A stretch of 64,000 nucleotides of DNA, from assembly GCA_018304505.1 (NCBI GenBank), contig JAGVWA010000002.1:1-64000 (forward strand), given 5' to 3'. This document shows, one piece after another, positions 48,101-58,404 of this stretch; position 1 is the first letter of the stretch; each line of letters opens with the position of its first letter. This stretch comes from Nanobdellati archaeon. GTDB taxonomy: Archaea > B1Sed10-29 > JAGVWA01. The position numbers and the translations under genes were made by a program. The notes beneath the pieces are model-generated. The model made no database searches and had not been told where the DNA came from. It was given only the letters and a program-made list of their open reading frames with translations.

Positions 48101-49377
48101 GAAATGACGTATTGTTCAAGCACCGCTTTTTCCTTCAACACGTCATTGCCCGTGATGATTTTGGCTTTCTTCACAGGCCCTGACAAGTGGCTGGGCGTGG
48201 GCGTCAAAAGCAACTCAGAAATGAGGTCTTCGATCTTTTGCTTGTCGCGTTTTTTCCACGCGAACAGCACTTCATTTTCGAGCCAGTAGTTTGGGTTCCT
48301 TGCAATGAAATTCTTGACGTGCTCGTCGTCAAAAACCCGCGGTCCGCGGTGCTTCTTGAACTTGCTCAGTTTTGTTGTGTCTGTTTCGAGAACAACCCAG
48401 CAGTTCTTTTGCTCGTCTGTGTAGTGGAAGTTTCTGTAGACCCTGAAGTCCTGGATTTCAAGTTGCTTGGCAAAGTACCCTGATAAGCGCTCTAGCTGCC
48501 CCCATACGATTTCCTCAATAACGCCCGTTGGATAACTGAACTTCACGATCGTAATGTGCCTTCCGGCTAGTGCTTTTTTCAAATCTATTTTTTCCGGTTT
48601 CCTGAAAAAGAATTCAATATTCTGGTTTTTCATGAATTGTTGCGACATCATGACGAATTTGGCCAGGCTCTGCATTGACACTGCGGAGGCCATGTTGCGT
48701 TCCTTGTCGACAGGGTCGATAACAACCAGGGGTTCGTTTTCGAATTTAAGATAGCGGTCGCGCGTTTTCTCGTGGTCAATGATGACCTTTGATTTCCAGC
48801 CCTGTGCAGCTGTAATGACGTTAAGGAAGCTGCCATAATGAAGAACGAGAACTTCGCAAAGAACGCCTGAGAAGCCGTGCGTTTTCGTGTTGGCGCCGTA
48901 GAGGTTGTTGTTGCGCAGGAACTGTTTCAGTAGGAGGACATCGTCGCGCTTCTTAGCGATTTTGTCTTTTAAGTATTCGTCGTGCAATGGAGATCGGTCG
49001 ACGGCAGAGATGATCTTGTCTTTCATGTGATAGCAAGGCACGATCTCCACGTCCAGGCCTTCAACATTGCCCTTGACGTACGGGTGCTCTGCATAATGCA
49101 CCGTGGGATTGTGCTTTTTCAAGACCCGTTTTCCGAGCTGTATTGACTTGGCCTCGAACTCATTCCTTGCCATGGTTTCCGGGAAGTACACGAAAATGTC
49201 CAGGTCGCGCGAGCCTGAAATGAATGTTCCACGGGACCGTGAGCCCACGACGACTGGCTCAAAGCCCTCTAGCAGAATGCCGCTGCACAGCAGGTCGCTT
49301 ATCTGCCGAGCTTTTTCGACCTCAGTGGCTTTTGGGCGTATCTTTTTCAAAACTTCCTCGAACAGTGTTGACATCAT
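48097..49377 (-). CDS. cca: archaeal class I CCA-adding enzyme
   Basis: VGSRSRGT..SGSRDLDIF, YAEHPYV, EIVPCY, SAVDRSPLH, GFSG..CE, IDPVD..RN. Confidence 0.95.
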   Translation of the reverse strand: MMSTLFEEVLKKIRPKATEVEKARQISDLLCSGILLEGFEPVVVGSRSRGTFISGSRDLDIFVYFPETMARNEFEAKSIQLGKRVLKKHNPTVHYAEHPYVKGNVEGLDVEIVPCYHMKDKIISAVDRSPLHDEYLKDKIAKKRDDVLLLKQFLRNNNLYGANTKTHGFSGVLCEVLVLHYGSFLNVITAAQGWKSKVIIDHEKTRDRYLKFENEPLVVIDPVDKERNMASAVSMQSLAKFVMMSQQFMKNQNIEFFFRKPEKIDLKKALAGRHITIVKFSYPTGVIEEIVWGQLERLSGYFAKQLEIQDFRVYRNFHYTDEQKNCWVVLETDTTKLSKFKKHRGPRVFDDEHVKNFIARNPNYWLENEVLFAWKKRDKQKIEDLISELLLTPTPSHLSGPVKKAKIITGNDVLKEKAVLEQYVIS

Positions 49378-49408
49378 TATTTATATGTGTGGCTGATTTA
49401 TATAAAGT

Positions 49409-50947
49409 ATGGGGCAACCTGGGAAGTTGGCTGAAGAACGCAGCAATGCGAAGATTTTTTCGGGTGAGCCGTGGAATTTTTATTATATAACGAAACCACA
49501 TTTGAGCGATGATGAGCGCGAATTCATTGCGCTGATCGAGGAATCGGTTCTTGCTGATTACACAGCCCATGATCTGGAAATCATGATGCTTAAGGACAAG
49601 AAGCGTGAGAAGTTCATCGAGAAGGTCAATGATCTTTTGAGGGGTCTGCGGGAAAAAGTGGGTGTGTTTTCGGGCTCTGAGGAGGACAGGCAGCTCATTA
49701 TCGAGAAGGTTAGCGATTTCATCGGCAAGCATGCGCCTTTTGTCGAGCAAAGGGATTACGTTGTCGGGGCAATCGTGAAGGACATGGTGGGGCTTGGCAG
49801 GCTAAGTGACCTCTTGGAAGACGGGTATCTTGAGGAAATAATGGTAAACGGGCCTGCGAAAAAGGTTTTTGTCTATGACAGGACCCACGGGCTGTGCGAA
49901 ACGAACGTTGAGTTTGAAGACGACGCGCAAATCCAATTTCTAGTAAAGAAAATTTCTGATTACGTTAAGAAAGATGTGTCAACAGAACAGCCGCTTATCG
50001 ACGCGCGCCTGCCTGATGGCTCACGAGTCAACGCGACAATTCCACCAGCATCCCCCAAGGGCACGTCAATTACTATCCGGAAGTTCAGAAAGAAACCGAT
50101 AACTATAACTGAACTGATCGCCAGCGGGACACTAACGAGCGACTTGGCCGCGTTTTTCTGGATGGCCATCGAGGGGCTGCATGTTTACCCTGCGAATTTC
50201 GTCATCGCCGGCGGCACGGGAAGTGGCAAGACCAGCACGATGAATGCGCTTTCCGTGTTCATCCCGCCGCATGAGCGCCTTGTCACGATTGAGGACACGC
50301 TTGAGTTGAATTTGTATGATCGGGAAAACTGGATACAGCTAGAGGCCAGGCCGGGAATAGGCGCGAAACCGCTTGAAATGAATGACCTCTTAGTGAATTC
50401 GCTGCGCATGAGGCCCGATAGGGTTTTGGTTGGTGAAGTCAGGGGCCCGGAGGCCAACACCATGTTCATCGCAATGGACACTGGCCATCAGGGGGTCATG
50501 TCGACATTGCATGCAAACACGGGCCGTGAAACAATTCTCAGGCTGCAGAGCGCGCCCATGAGTGTGCCAAATGCCCTGTTCAGTTTGCTCGACCTGGTGG
50601 TTGTGCAGCACAGGATGTATCATCCGAAAAAGGGGCTTGTGAGGAAGGTCGTCGAGGTTTCGGAAGCCAGCGTGATGGAGGACAAGGTCCTGCTTTCAAA
50701 CCTCTACAACTACGACCGCGATGCTGACGCAATAAAGCGAAGCAGCCTCCCGTCTAGGTATTTTGAACGCCTTTCATATTACACCGGCCTGAGCATCAAC
50801 GATGTCAGGGATGAGCACACCGCGCGCAAGCTGGTTCTGGATTACCTTGTTAAGAAAAAAATATTTGACTACCAAACGATCAGGCAGATGGCGTTCGATT
50901 ACTATTCTGACCCAGAGAAGGTCATCAAGAAAATTGGCACAGCCTAA
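49409..50947 (+). CDS. second VirB11/CpaF-family secretion ATPase
   Basis: EEIMVNG, DARLPDGSRVNA, GGTGSGKTS, TIEDTLEL, LRMRPDRVLVGEVRG, TGH, STLHAN. Confidence 0.95.
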   Translation: MGQPGKLAEERSNAKIFSGEPWNFYYITKPHLSDDEREFIALIEESVLADYTAHDLEIMMLKDKKREKFIEKVNDLLRGLREKVGVFSGSEEDRQLIIEKVSDFIGKHAPFVEQRDYVVGAIVKDMVGLGRLSDLLEDGYLEEIMVNGPAKKVFVYDRTHGLCETNVEFEDDAQIQFLVKKISDYVKKDVSTEQPLIDARLPDGSRVNATIPPASPKGTSITIRKFRKKPITITELIASGTLTSDLAAFFWMAIEGLHVYPANFVIAGGTGSGKTSTMNALSVFIPPHERLVTIEDTLELNLYDRENWIQLEARPGIGAKPLEMNDLLVNSLRMRPDRVLVGEVRGPEANTMFIAMDTGHQGVMSTLHANTGRETILRLQSAPMSVPNALFSLLDLVVVQHRMYHPKKGLVRKVVEVSEASVMEDKVLLSNLYNYDRDADAIKRSSLPSRYFERLSYYTGLSINDVRDEHTARKLVLDYLVKKKIFDYQTIRQMAFDYYSDPEKVIKKIGTA

Positions 50948-52791
50948 CCCGCAGGGGCATTGTCGCCCTGTACTACAACAGCCGTTATGCGCACCTCTGT
51001 TTCTTTGCCGTCAAGCGTGTCCCAGTAATCGATCTGCAGCCCGGGTGTTCTGGTGATGCCGTGGCATATGCCATCTGCAATGCCGAGCATTTCTATCTGC
51101 GCTTCCTCATAGGTGAAATTCTGAACAGGGCAGTGAACGCTGACGATCTTTGCAGGAAACAGGAGGTTCCATGAAATAATCATTACCGCGATAAGCAGCG
51201 GCACTGCGATTGCAACGGCTATCTTGTGCTTCGAGAGCTTGCCCATCACGGTTTCCGGTTTTTCTTCCTCCTCAAGTTCCATGACCTCTTCGCCCTCAAG
51301 CCGCAGGATGTTCTTTTCGTACAGCTTCTCGATCGCGCTTTCAATCAGTTCGGTCGACATTTTCAAGTCAAGTGAGGATTCGCGCAGGTTGATGCGGCCC
51401 TTGTTTTTTATCACATAGTTTAGGATGTCTGTAAGGAACGGCGTCGGCGCAGTGTCTTGAAGGATCACGAACGTCTTGTTCATGTCCAGGCGTTGGAGTT
51501 TCTTTTTTGGCTTTCGGGTATAGTGTTCTATGAACCGCTGTACGGCCAAGTTGTTGGTTGCCTGGAAACCAAGAAGAATCAACAGTGTCACCGACACGAT
51601 GATGAAGTAATTCAAAAATGGATTTTTGGGTTTTTCGGAAAACACGAAAGCCGTGGCCTTGAAGTAATTATTGACTGATGAGTTATCGTTTGGCAGCGTG
51701 TGCACTTCAGGTATTGGCTCTTCGTATATTATTTCCCTTCTGCCGATGCTTATGTCTGCTGCTGATGCCGCTGAGATGTCTACCCACCCTTCTTCTAAGC
51801 CCCTGAACACCCTGATCCAACCAGTTGTTTTGTTTGATACGTCAGTGCCGATCATTACCCTGCAGGGTAGCAGTGCGCTGATGCACAGAGCTTTTACAAC
51901 CGCGATTTGTTCATTTGATATTAGTTCTTTGCCAATCAGATTTATTGTTGTAAAGTTTTCAAGAATATCCCCTCCTGCTGTGGCGTAGTCCAGCCTCAAT
52001 CTGTCCCGCAGTGTAAAGAATCTTGTCAGGATGTTGATTCTGCGCACGTCCAACGGGGGGACGGTGCCGTTGATTATGAACAGCGGGTCCCTGAAAAGGC
52101 CGGTGAACTCTGTCGGGAATTCCTCAGAGGCTTTCTTTTGCACATTGAACGGAAAGAAGCGCAGGAAATGTTCCTCTTTTTGGCCTGGTGCGAGGGTCTT
52201 GCTTATAGCGAATTTTTTCTCTGGCAGCCTGATGAAGTTTTGGGGGGGTTGTTCCAGGCCCCCGGAAAAGAGCACTGCGATGGTCGGACCTTGGGTGTCT
52301 TCTGGCATTACTATCAGGTATGTGTTGCGCTCTTCGTCATACTCCTTTGGGCTGAAAACGGTTATAGCACCGCTGATTTTTTTGATTGTGTATTCAATTG
52401 TTATGTTTATCGGCGCAGTGTTTCGGTTTTCAAGTTTGATATTGCTTTCAATGTATTCGTCCGCGATGGTCAATTCCCTGATCAGCTCTGCCTTGTCGGT
52501 CAGGTCCCGATTTGTCAAAACATACGCATCTTCGCCTGTTTTTGGAACATCAAGATCGAACTCGAGTGGCTTTGAAAGCTCTGTGCCGTCAACTGTTACG
52601 CGCGGGCTCAGTGTAATCAGGTAAGTACCGGACACGCGCGAGAATTCCGTGGCATTGATCGGCAGGTGCATGGCGTAATTTTCGCTGTACAGCACGTAAT
52701 CCTCGTTGTACTTGTTAAAGTAGTCGATCGCCATTGCGGGCGTAAGCATCAGCGTGATGATCAACAGTATGTACAGGTTTTTCTTTTTCAT
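50944..52791 (-). CDS. secreted/membrane protein with a degenerate transglutaminase-like domain and two further TM segments
   Basis: Signal peptide; KALCISALLPCRVMIG...GWIRVF...GWVDI; wHTH-like segment between the TMs. Confidence 0.55.
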   Translation of the reverse strand: MKKKNLYILLIITLMLTPAMAIDYFNKYNEDYVLYSENYAMHLPINATEFSRVSGTYLITLSPRVTVDGTELSKPLEFDLDVPKTGEDAYVLTNRDLTDKAELIRELTIADEYIESNIKLENRNTAPINITIEYTIKKISGAITVFSPKEYDEERNTYLIVMPEDTQGPTIAVLFSGGLEQPPQNFIRLPEKKFAISKTLAPGQKEEHFLRFFPFNVQKKASEEFPTEFTGLFRDPLFIINGTVPPLDVRRINILTRFFTLRDRLRLDYATAGGDILENFTTINLIGKELISNEQIAVVKALCISALLPCRVMIGTDVSNKTTGWIRVFRGLEEGWVDISAASAADISIGRREIIYEEPIPEVHTLPNDNSSVNNYFKATAFVFSEKPKNPFLNYFIIVSVTLLILLGFQATNNLAVQRFIEHYTRKPKKKLQRLDMNKTFVILQDTAPTPFLTDILNYVIKNKGRINLRESSLDLKMSTELIESAIEKLYEKNILRLEGEEVMELEEEEKPETVMGKLSKHKIAVAIAVPLLIAVMIISWNLLFPAKIVSVHCPVQNFTYEEAQIEMLGIADGICHGITRTPGLQIDYWDTLDGKETEVRITAVVVQGDNAPAG

Positions 52792-53321
52792 TTGAGTTCA
52801 ACTTCATGAATCGTTTCATACAAGGGGCCTTGTTCGGTGAGGGTGCTTTTAATGAGCTCTATTTTCATAACACGCACGTCTCTATTATATTCTTTGTTCA
52901 GCACATCATGCACTTCCTCAGGGGGCCTTCCCTTGGCGCGCGCCAGGGTTATGTGCGGCTTGTACCCCTGTTCCTTCATAAACCCGAGTCCAGCAAGCTT
53001 TTCCTCAAGGTGGCTGTGTAGCTTCATCAATGGCTCTGATTCAACGCCAAGCCAAACCACGCGTATGAATTTTTTGTCCGGAAAAACCCCTAGGTTGCTG
53101 AGGCGCAGGTCAAAAGCGTTAGTCTCGGCGCTTGCCGCGATTTCGTCAAGAATACTCTTTATCTGCCCGGCCTGCTCTTCATCTATGTCGCCGAGGAATT
53201 TCAGGTTCAGGTGCATGACTTCTGGTTTCACTAGCCGCAGCTCCTTGAATTTCCCCAGCTTGTCGATTATTTCGAGCAGTCCCTTGTCAGCCTTGATTCT
53301 TATGCCGATGAAAGCCCTCAT
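52788..53321 (-). CDS. thpR: RNA 2',3'-cyclic phosphodiesterase (2'-5' RNA ligase, 2H family)
   Basis: MRAFIGI, HLNLKFLG, GVFP...RVVWLG, PHITLAR, S.LT..GP.Y. Confidence 0.93.
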   Translation of the reverse strand: MRAFIGIRIKADKGLLEIIDKLGKFKELRLVKPEVMHLNLKFLGDIDEEQAGQIKSILDEIAASAETNAFDLRLSNLGVFPDKKFIRVVWLGVESEPLMKLHSHLEEKLAGLGFMKEQGYKPHITLARAKGRPPEEVHDVLNKEYNRDVRVMKIELIKSTLTEQGPLYETIHEVELK

Positions 53322-53387
53322 GGGTATATGAAGAACCGCGGCTTTTAATTCCTTTTGCTCATTTCTCGGTCCATTCTGCTTTGGCTG

Positions 53388-55151
53388 CTAGATGATTTTC
53401 AGAAAATTAATTTTCTTGTTATTTACCATTTCCTTGTCGCTAGTCTCGAGGCATTTTCCTGCAGGAAAGTACTGCTGCATCTCCTCATGGTTTCCGATGC
53501 TTGTTGAGATGGACTTGTTCAGGCCCTCGCGCCGGTTGGAATTCTCGAAATGGCTAAGGCACTCCGGGTCTTCTACGAGACCGAGCTGCACGTTGATTTC
53601 CGTGTCTTTTGTAAACTCGCGCAGGTGCTTTTTTGAAAAACGTAGTATGCGGCCGATGATTTTGCTGTCGCCATAATACTCGGCGGTTTCCTGCAGGCCG
53701 TAGTATGAGATGATGTTCTGGAAGTTGTTGAACCGTATGTACTCCTCGTTGTCATAGGCCTGCGTTAAGAATCCCAGCGTCTTGTCTTTGTAAAGCCGGT
53801 CTTGCATGACGTCTTTCTTTATCCGCATTATCTCCACCGCGGCCTTCATGTCCCTTGCGAGCTCGTCATATAAGGCGTTTTCGTCTTGCGATTTTAGGAC
53901 ATGCTTTAAGACATTTAATGATACAGACTGCATGGTGCCGCTCCTTAATGAACGGGTTTCCCTGCCAGAAAGCACGTTGCCGGCTAGCATGCTTTCGTTG
54001 CTTTCCTGTTTCAGGTAGTAGATCCCCTTTTGCAGCTCCGTCTCGGGTTTCTTTATGCGCCTGTGTTTTATGCATATGCGCGGATGATTAAACGGTTTTG
54101 CCTCGTAGTCTCCCTGAATGAACGCCTTTACAAGTGCGTCCTTGAATTTTCGGGCTTCTTCGCTGTAATGCGAATACGGGGCCTTTGAGCCTGGCACAGG
54201 AGCATGTTCTTTTTTCAAAAAATCCGGGACCTCGTTGTCAAGGTTAATGGTAAACGCGTCCGGGTTTTGTTGCGAATTGCTGAGTTCGTAGAGGAAAACC
54301 TGCGCGATCTGCTCGATGTCTTTGTCAGATTTCTTTTCAAGGTATGGGGAAATAAAGATGTTGAAGAAATCGAAGCCAGCGCCCTTGCCGAGGTACTGTT
54401 TCGACGTAAGCAATACCCGGGCAGCGTGGGATGCGACAACCTGGGCGTGCTTTGGCGGGCCAGTGCTGGGAATTCCATGAATCCTGACTCCATGGCGCAG
54501 GAATGGCCGGAGGTCGTTCTGTATGCTCTCTGGGCACGTTGGAAAGTTGTCTAAGTTGTGTATGAACAGGTCAGCGTTCAGGTGAGACTGCGCAATGTTA
54601 AATGGCAGTACCCGTGTTAACGTGTATTCACGCAGCATGGCCTGGCCGAAACCGGTCGTCATTTCTATGGGGCTCTGTTTCTGCTCCTCAATGATTTTTG
54701 AGATGTCGTAAACCGGCAAACCTGCCCGCGTGTATCTGGTTTTGTAAGTTGTGAGCCGTTTGTCGAGTAGCATAACGTTCGCCATTTCCCGAATCAGGGG
54801 CGAGCTGATGTCCTTCAGCTGGAGCCGCCTGATGTCATCCTCGATCTCTTGCGCGATTTCCATCGCGGTTATCCTTGGGAGCCGCGTTTCCTTGATCAGT
54901 GACCGCGTTATAAAGCTGCGGTCGAATGATTCCAGTGTGTTTCTTGATGTCCGGACCTTGATTGAGTGGTAGTCATCGAACTGTTTCGCAGCATCCGGGG
55001 ACAATTCGCTGAGGACTTTCGCTATTTTGTTTGTGATCGCCTTGTTTGTCTCAGGCAGCGTGTCGATTTCTAGCGCAACTTGGGACGCAAGCCAGAACGA
55101 GAGGCCCGCTTCTTGGCACTTCTTCACTATAATGTTCTTGGACACACTCAT
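53388..55151 (-). CDS. ATP-cone + anaerobic ribonucleotide reductase (NrdD)-like protein lacking the glycyl-radical C-terminus
   Basis: ATP cone (VRTS...FDRS.I..SL.KET), TRAGLPVYD, H..ADLFIHNLD, PPKH, FDFFNIFISPY, GDY..KPF..P; no CxxC/RxxGY end. Confidence 0.75.
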   Translation of the reverse strand: MSVSKNIIVKKCQEAGLSFWLASQVALEIDTLPETNKAITNKIAKVLSELSPDAAKQFDDYHSIKVRTSRNTLESFDRSFITRSLIKETRLPRITAMEIAQEIEDDIRRLQLKDISSPLIREMANVMLLDKRLTTYKTRYTRAGLPVYDISKIIEEQKQSPIEMTTGFGQAMLREYTLTRVLPFNIAQSHLNADLFIHNLDNFPTCPESIQNDLRPFLRHGVRIHGIPSTGPPKHAQVVASHAARVLLTSKQYLGKGAGFDFFNIFISPYLEKKSDKDIEQIAQVFLYELSNSQQNPDAFTINLDNEVPDFLKKEHAPVPGSKAPYSHYSEEARKFKDALVKAFIQGDYEAKPFNHPRICIKHRRIKKPETELQKGIYYLKQESNESMLAGNVLSGRETRSLRSGTMQSVSLNVLKHVLKSQDENALYDELARDMKAAVEIMRIKKDVMQDRLYKDKTLGFLTQAYDNEEYIRFNNFQNIISYYGLQETAEYYGDSKIIGRILRFSKKHLREFTKDTEINVQLGLVEDPECLSHFENSNRREGLNKSISTSIGNHEEMQQYFPAGKCLETSDKEMVNNKKINFLKII

Positions 55152-55185
55152 ACCTTTATTTACACCTTTTCACAAATAATAAGGT

Positions 55186-55605
55186 ATGGAAGACGTTGAC
55201 GAAATCGATGCAAAGCTGCTTTCAATGCTCGCAGAGGACTCAAGGCAGTCGTACACCGACCTTGCTAAGACCCTGAATTTGAGCGACGTGGCCGTGAAAA
55301 AACGCATCGACAAACTCATGGAGAAAAAAATCATTACGAACTTTTCAATAACCGTAGACCAGGCAAAGCTCGGCAAGGCGCTGCACTCATTTCTCCTGCT
55401 TCGCACAAATCCGACAGAGACGGACAGCATCCTCGCGGAACTAAGGAAGATACCGGACATTGGAAGGATATCGAGCGCCCTCGGCCCTTTTGACATCGTT
55501 ATTGAAATACACACGTCAAAAATCAGCGACCTGAAACGCCTAACCGAGGAGGACATCGGAAACCTAAAGGGCGTTATTGAAGTTAGAACCCTCATTATGA
55601 CATGA
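55186..55605 (+). CDS. Lrp/AsnC family transcriptional regulator
   Basis: DEIDAKLL..L.EDSR.SY..LAK.L.LS..AV.KRI.KL, GPFDIV, GV.EVRT. Confidence 0.93.
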   Translation: MEDVDEIDAKLLSMLAEDSRQSYTDLAKTLNLSDVAVKKRIDKLMEKKIITNFSITVDQAKLGKALHSFLLLRTNPTETDSILAELRKIPDIGRISSALGPFDIVIEIHTSKISDLKRLTEEDIGNLKGVIEVRTLIMT

Positions 55606-55646
55606 CATTAAGGCATGACATAGTGCAGGGGCACTGGGGCATTGTT

Positions 55647-55934
55647 ATGAAAGTCGAAATTGATTTGATGAAAACCGAATCCCCTGAGGCACTTGTTGAC
55701 GCGCTCCGCGGCGTGTTCAGCTCCTTCAGCGTCACAGGGCAGCGCGCGGACAAAATACTCGGAAGCATTGATGATGCGGACTTCGAAAGTGAATTCAAGC
55801 TGCGGGGGCCTGAATTCCTCAAGCAGTCAATGGAGGAACAAGGGTACATAGACCTTAGCAAGATGGCATTGCTGGCCAAAAAGCTGGGGCCCGACCAGGG
55901 CTTTCCGCTGGGCAAAATCAGGGTTTTTCGATGA
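55647..55934 (+). CDS. hypothetical protein, possible DUF54-like RNA-binding fold
   Basis: MKVEIDLMKTES...; ATG 55647 preferred over 55602. Confidence 0.5.
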   Translation: MKVEIDLMKTESPEALVDALRGVFSSFSVTGQRADKILGSIDDADFESEFKLRGPEFLKQSMEEQGYIDLSKMALLAKKLGPDQGFPLGKIRVFR

Positions 55935-55962
55935 AAACCATATATAATAAGAAGGCCATAAT

Positions 55963-56739
55963 ATGCTCATGAGCAAGCTCTGGAAGCCATTGGTGCTTTT
56001 GCTGGTGCTGTTATCCATAGGCCTCTCGACCCTGAATCTGGAGTCCCCGACGCTGTATGAAGGCTCTTCGCTGTGGCAAATCGGGCCGGGCCAGCAAACA
56101 ACCCTGGTGTTCTCGCGGAAATTTGGCGACCAAACATTTCCATGGGACGCGCTGCAGCTTGACGTTCCAAATGGATGGCAGTACTCGACCTCATTGCAGG
56201 CTGACACAATCACTGCTAGCCTGAAAGTTGGGCAAAAAGCAGTGCCTGGAGAATATGTCATTAAAGCCACGCTGCTGACGAACCTCGGAACCAGGATGCC
56301 GGAGTCAAAGGATTTTAAGCTCACAGTGACAGACAAGCCATACGTGGTGATGATACCGGCAGAGATCAGGGCACCGGCGGGCAGGAAAACGCAGGTAGAA
56401 TTTACAATCGAGTCAAGGTCTATAAGCCAGGATGAATTGATGTTCGACAAGATCAGTGGCCTCCCAAGCGCTTGGTCCAGCGAAACGCGGGCGGTGCTTG
56501 AACCAGGTGCCAGCCAGGCAATGACATTCTACATAACCCCAGAACAGGAAGGCCTCTTTGAAGTTGAATTCAGATATCAGAGCGCCTCAGGAGACTCAAG
56601 GGCGAGAAAGAGCATAGTGATAGTAAAGCCCACCTTGGAGTCAACGCTTAAGGGTTTCAGCCAAGGGGTTGTGCTGACGCCGAATGTGCTGCAGCCGTTC
56701 TATTCATTAATCAGTTTGCTCGCGTCCGTACTATACTAA
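55963..56739 (+). CDS. exported protein with two Ig-like (COG1470/NEW3-like) domains
   Basis: Signal anchor; VPNGW, A.PGEY.I, SGLPSAW, LEPGAS, P..EG.FEV. Confidence 0.65.
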   Translation: MLMSKLWKPLVLLLVLLSIGLSTLNLESPTLYEGSSLWQIGPGQQTTLVFSRKFGDQTFPWDALQLDVPNGWQYSTSLQADTITASLKVGQKAVPGEYVIKATLLTNLGTRMPESKDFKLTVTDKPYVVMIPAEIRAPAGRKTQVEFTIESRSISQDELMFDKISGLPSAWSSETRAVLEPGASQAMTFYITPEQEGLFEVEFRYQSASGDSRARKSIVIVKPTLESTLKGFSQGVVLTPNVLQPFYSLISLLASVLY

Positions 56740-56809
56740 TCAATCAATGGGCCAGCCAATCAATCAATAGGCAACTGATGTATAACTCTCATATGATGGT
56801 GGGATAATA

Positions 56810-58378
56810 ATGACGACCGAAGCTGTTTTTCAGGGCATAGTTGGAAAAATCGTAAGCGGGGAGATCACGACAAAAGCCCAGTTGACAGAAGAGAAGAAGC
56901 GCATCTCGAAAATCAACAGGCTTAACAAGGTCATCCGCGACTCCGATATACTCAGCTGCGCTTCTGAAAACACCGACCAGGTCATTGATCTGCTCAGGAA
57001 AAAGGACACGCGGACCATCAGCGGCGTGACACCGTTGGCGATAATGACGCCGCCGCTGGCATGCCCGCCGCAGGCGCAGTGCATCTACTGTCCGGGCGGG
57101 CCAAAAGTAGGCTCAGCAAAGGCATACACAGGGTTCGAGCCAGCAGCTCGCAGAGCTAAGGCATTCAACTTCGACTCATATGAACAAGCCAAAAACCGCA
57201 TTCAGCAATTCCTCAATACAGGCCACAGTGCAGACAAACTCGAGCTCATTATTATGGGCGGCACATTCACGTACCAAAACCCGCGCTTCCAGGACAGGTT
57301 CATGAAAGGCTGCCTAGACGCCATGAACAACAACATTTCGGAAACGTATGACCAAGCCAAACTTTTTAACGAAACCGCACAGCACAGGTGCATTGGAATG
57401 ACCTTCGAAACGCGCCCCGACTGCTGCGGAAAAAACGAAATCGATAGGATGCTGTACTATGGAGGCACCCGAGTAGAACTCGGGGTTCAAAATCCAGACA
57501 ACGAAATTTACAAAATCATCAAGCGGGGGCACACCCGCGAGCACGTCATTCAAGCAACGCGCGATCTAAAGGAATCAGCGTTTAAGGTCTTGTACCACGT
57601 GATGCCAGGGCTGCCGGGATCAAGTCCGGGCAAGGACGTTGAAATGTTTAAGGGTCTTTTCGAGAACCAGGACTTCAGACCCGACATGCTCAAGATCTAC
57701 CCATGCCTTTTGGTAGACCAGAAGTACGGCCTCACAGGCACTTATGACTTATGGAAAAACGGAGAATGGGAACCGTACAACGACGAGCAGGCCGCGCAAG
57801 TAATAGCACAGGCGCACAAATACATTCCAAGGTATTGCCGAGTAATGCGAATTCAGAGAGACATACCAACAAACCTCCTCGTTACGGGAATCAAGTACGC
57901 TAACCTCAGGCAGCTCGTTGACGCGGAAATGCAAAACCAAGGTATACAGTGCCAGTGCATCCGCTGCAGGGAAATCAAAAACCGCGTACCAGAAAAAATC
58001 GAGTTGCGAAGAATCGATTACGAAGCCTCACAAGGCCGAGAAGTTTTCCTATCGCTCGACGACGCCGACAGAGATAAGATCATCGGCTTCATCAGGCTCA
58101 GGCTACCAAGGAAGCCATGGAGGTCAGAACTGCAAGGCAACACGGCCCTTGTCCGAGAATTGCACGTGTACGGAAAATCGTTGCAAGTCGGCCACAAAGA
58201 CGACAAGGCGGTGCAGCACAAAGGCCACGGCAAGCGATTACTGAAAGAGGCAGAAGAAATCGCCAAGGACGAGTTTGGAATGGACAACCTCGCTGTGATT
58301 TCCGGCATTGGGGTCAGGCCATATTATTACAAGCAGGGCTACAAGCCAGAAGGAGCCTACGTCACGAAGAAACTTTAA
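56810..58378 (+). CDS. elp3: Elp3 radical SAM/KAT tRNA uridine(34) acetyltransferase
   Basis: RTISGV, CPPQAQCIYCPGG, MGGTF, ETRPD, ELGVQ, RIQRDIP, RELHVYG, QHKGHG, ISGIGVR.YY. Confidence 0.97.
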   Translation: MTTEAVFQGIVGKIVSGEITTKAQLTEEKKRISKINRLNKVIRDSDILSCASENTDQVIDLLRKKDTRTISGVTPLAIMTPPLACPPQAQCIYCPGGPKVGSAKAYTGFEPAARRAKAFNFDSYEQAKNRIQQFLNTGHSADKLELIIMGGTFTYQNPRFQDRFMKGCLDAMNNNISETYDQAKLFNETAQHRCIGMTFETRPDCCGKNEIDRMLYYGGTRVELGVQNPDNEIYKIIKRGHTREHVIQATRDLKESAFKVLYHVMPGLPGSSPGKDVEMFKGLFENQDFRPDMLKIYPCLLVDQKYGLTGTYDLWKNGEWEPYNDEQAAQVIAQAHKYIPRYCRVMRIQRDIPTNLLVTGIKYANLRQLVDAEMQNQGIQCQCIRCREIKNRVPEKIELRRIDYEASQGREVFLSLDDADRDKIIGFIRLRLPRKPWRSELQGNTALVRELHVYGKSLQVGHKDDKAVQHKGHGKRLLKEAEEIAKDEFGMDNLAVISGIGVRPYYYKQGYKPEGAYVTKKL

Positions 58379-58404
58379 ATGAAACAAACGCATAAAGGGA
58401 TATA

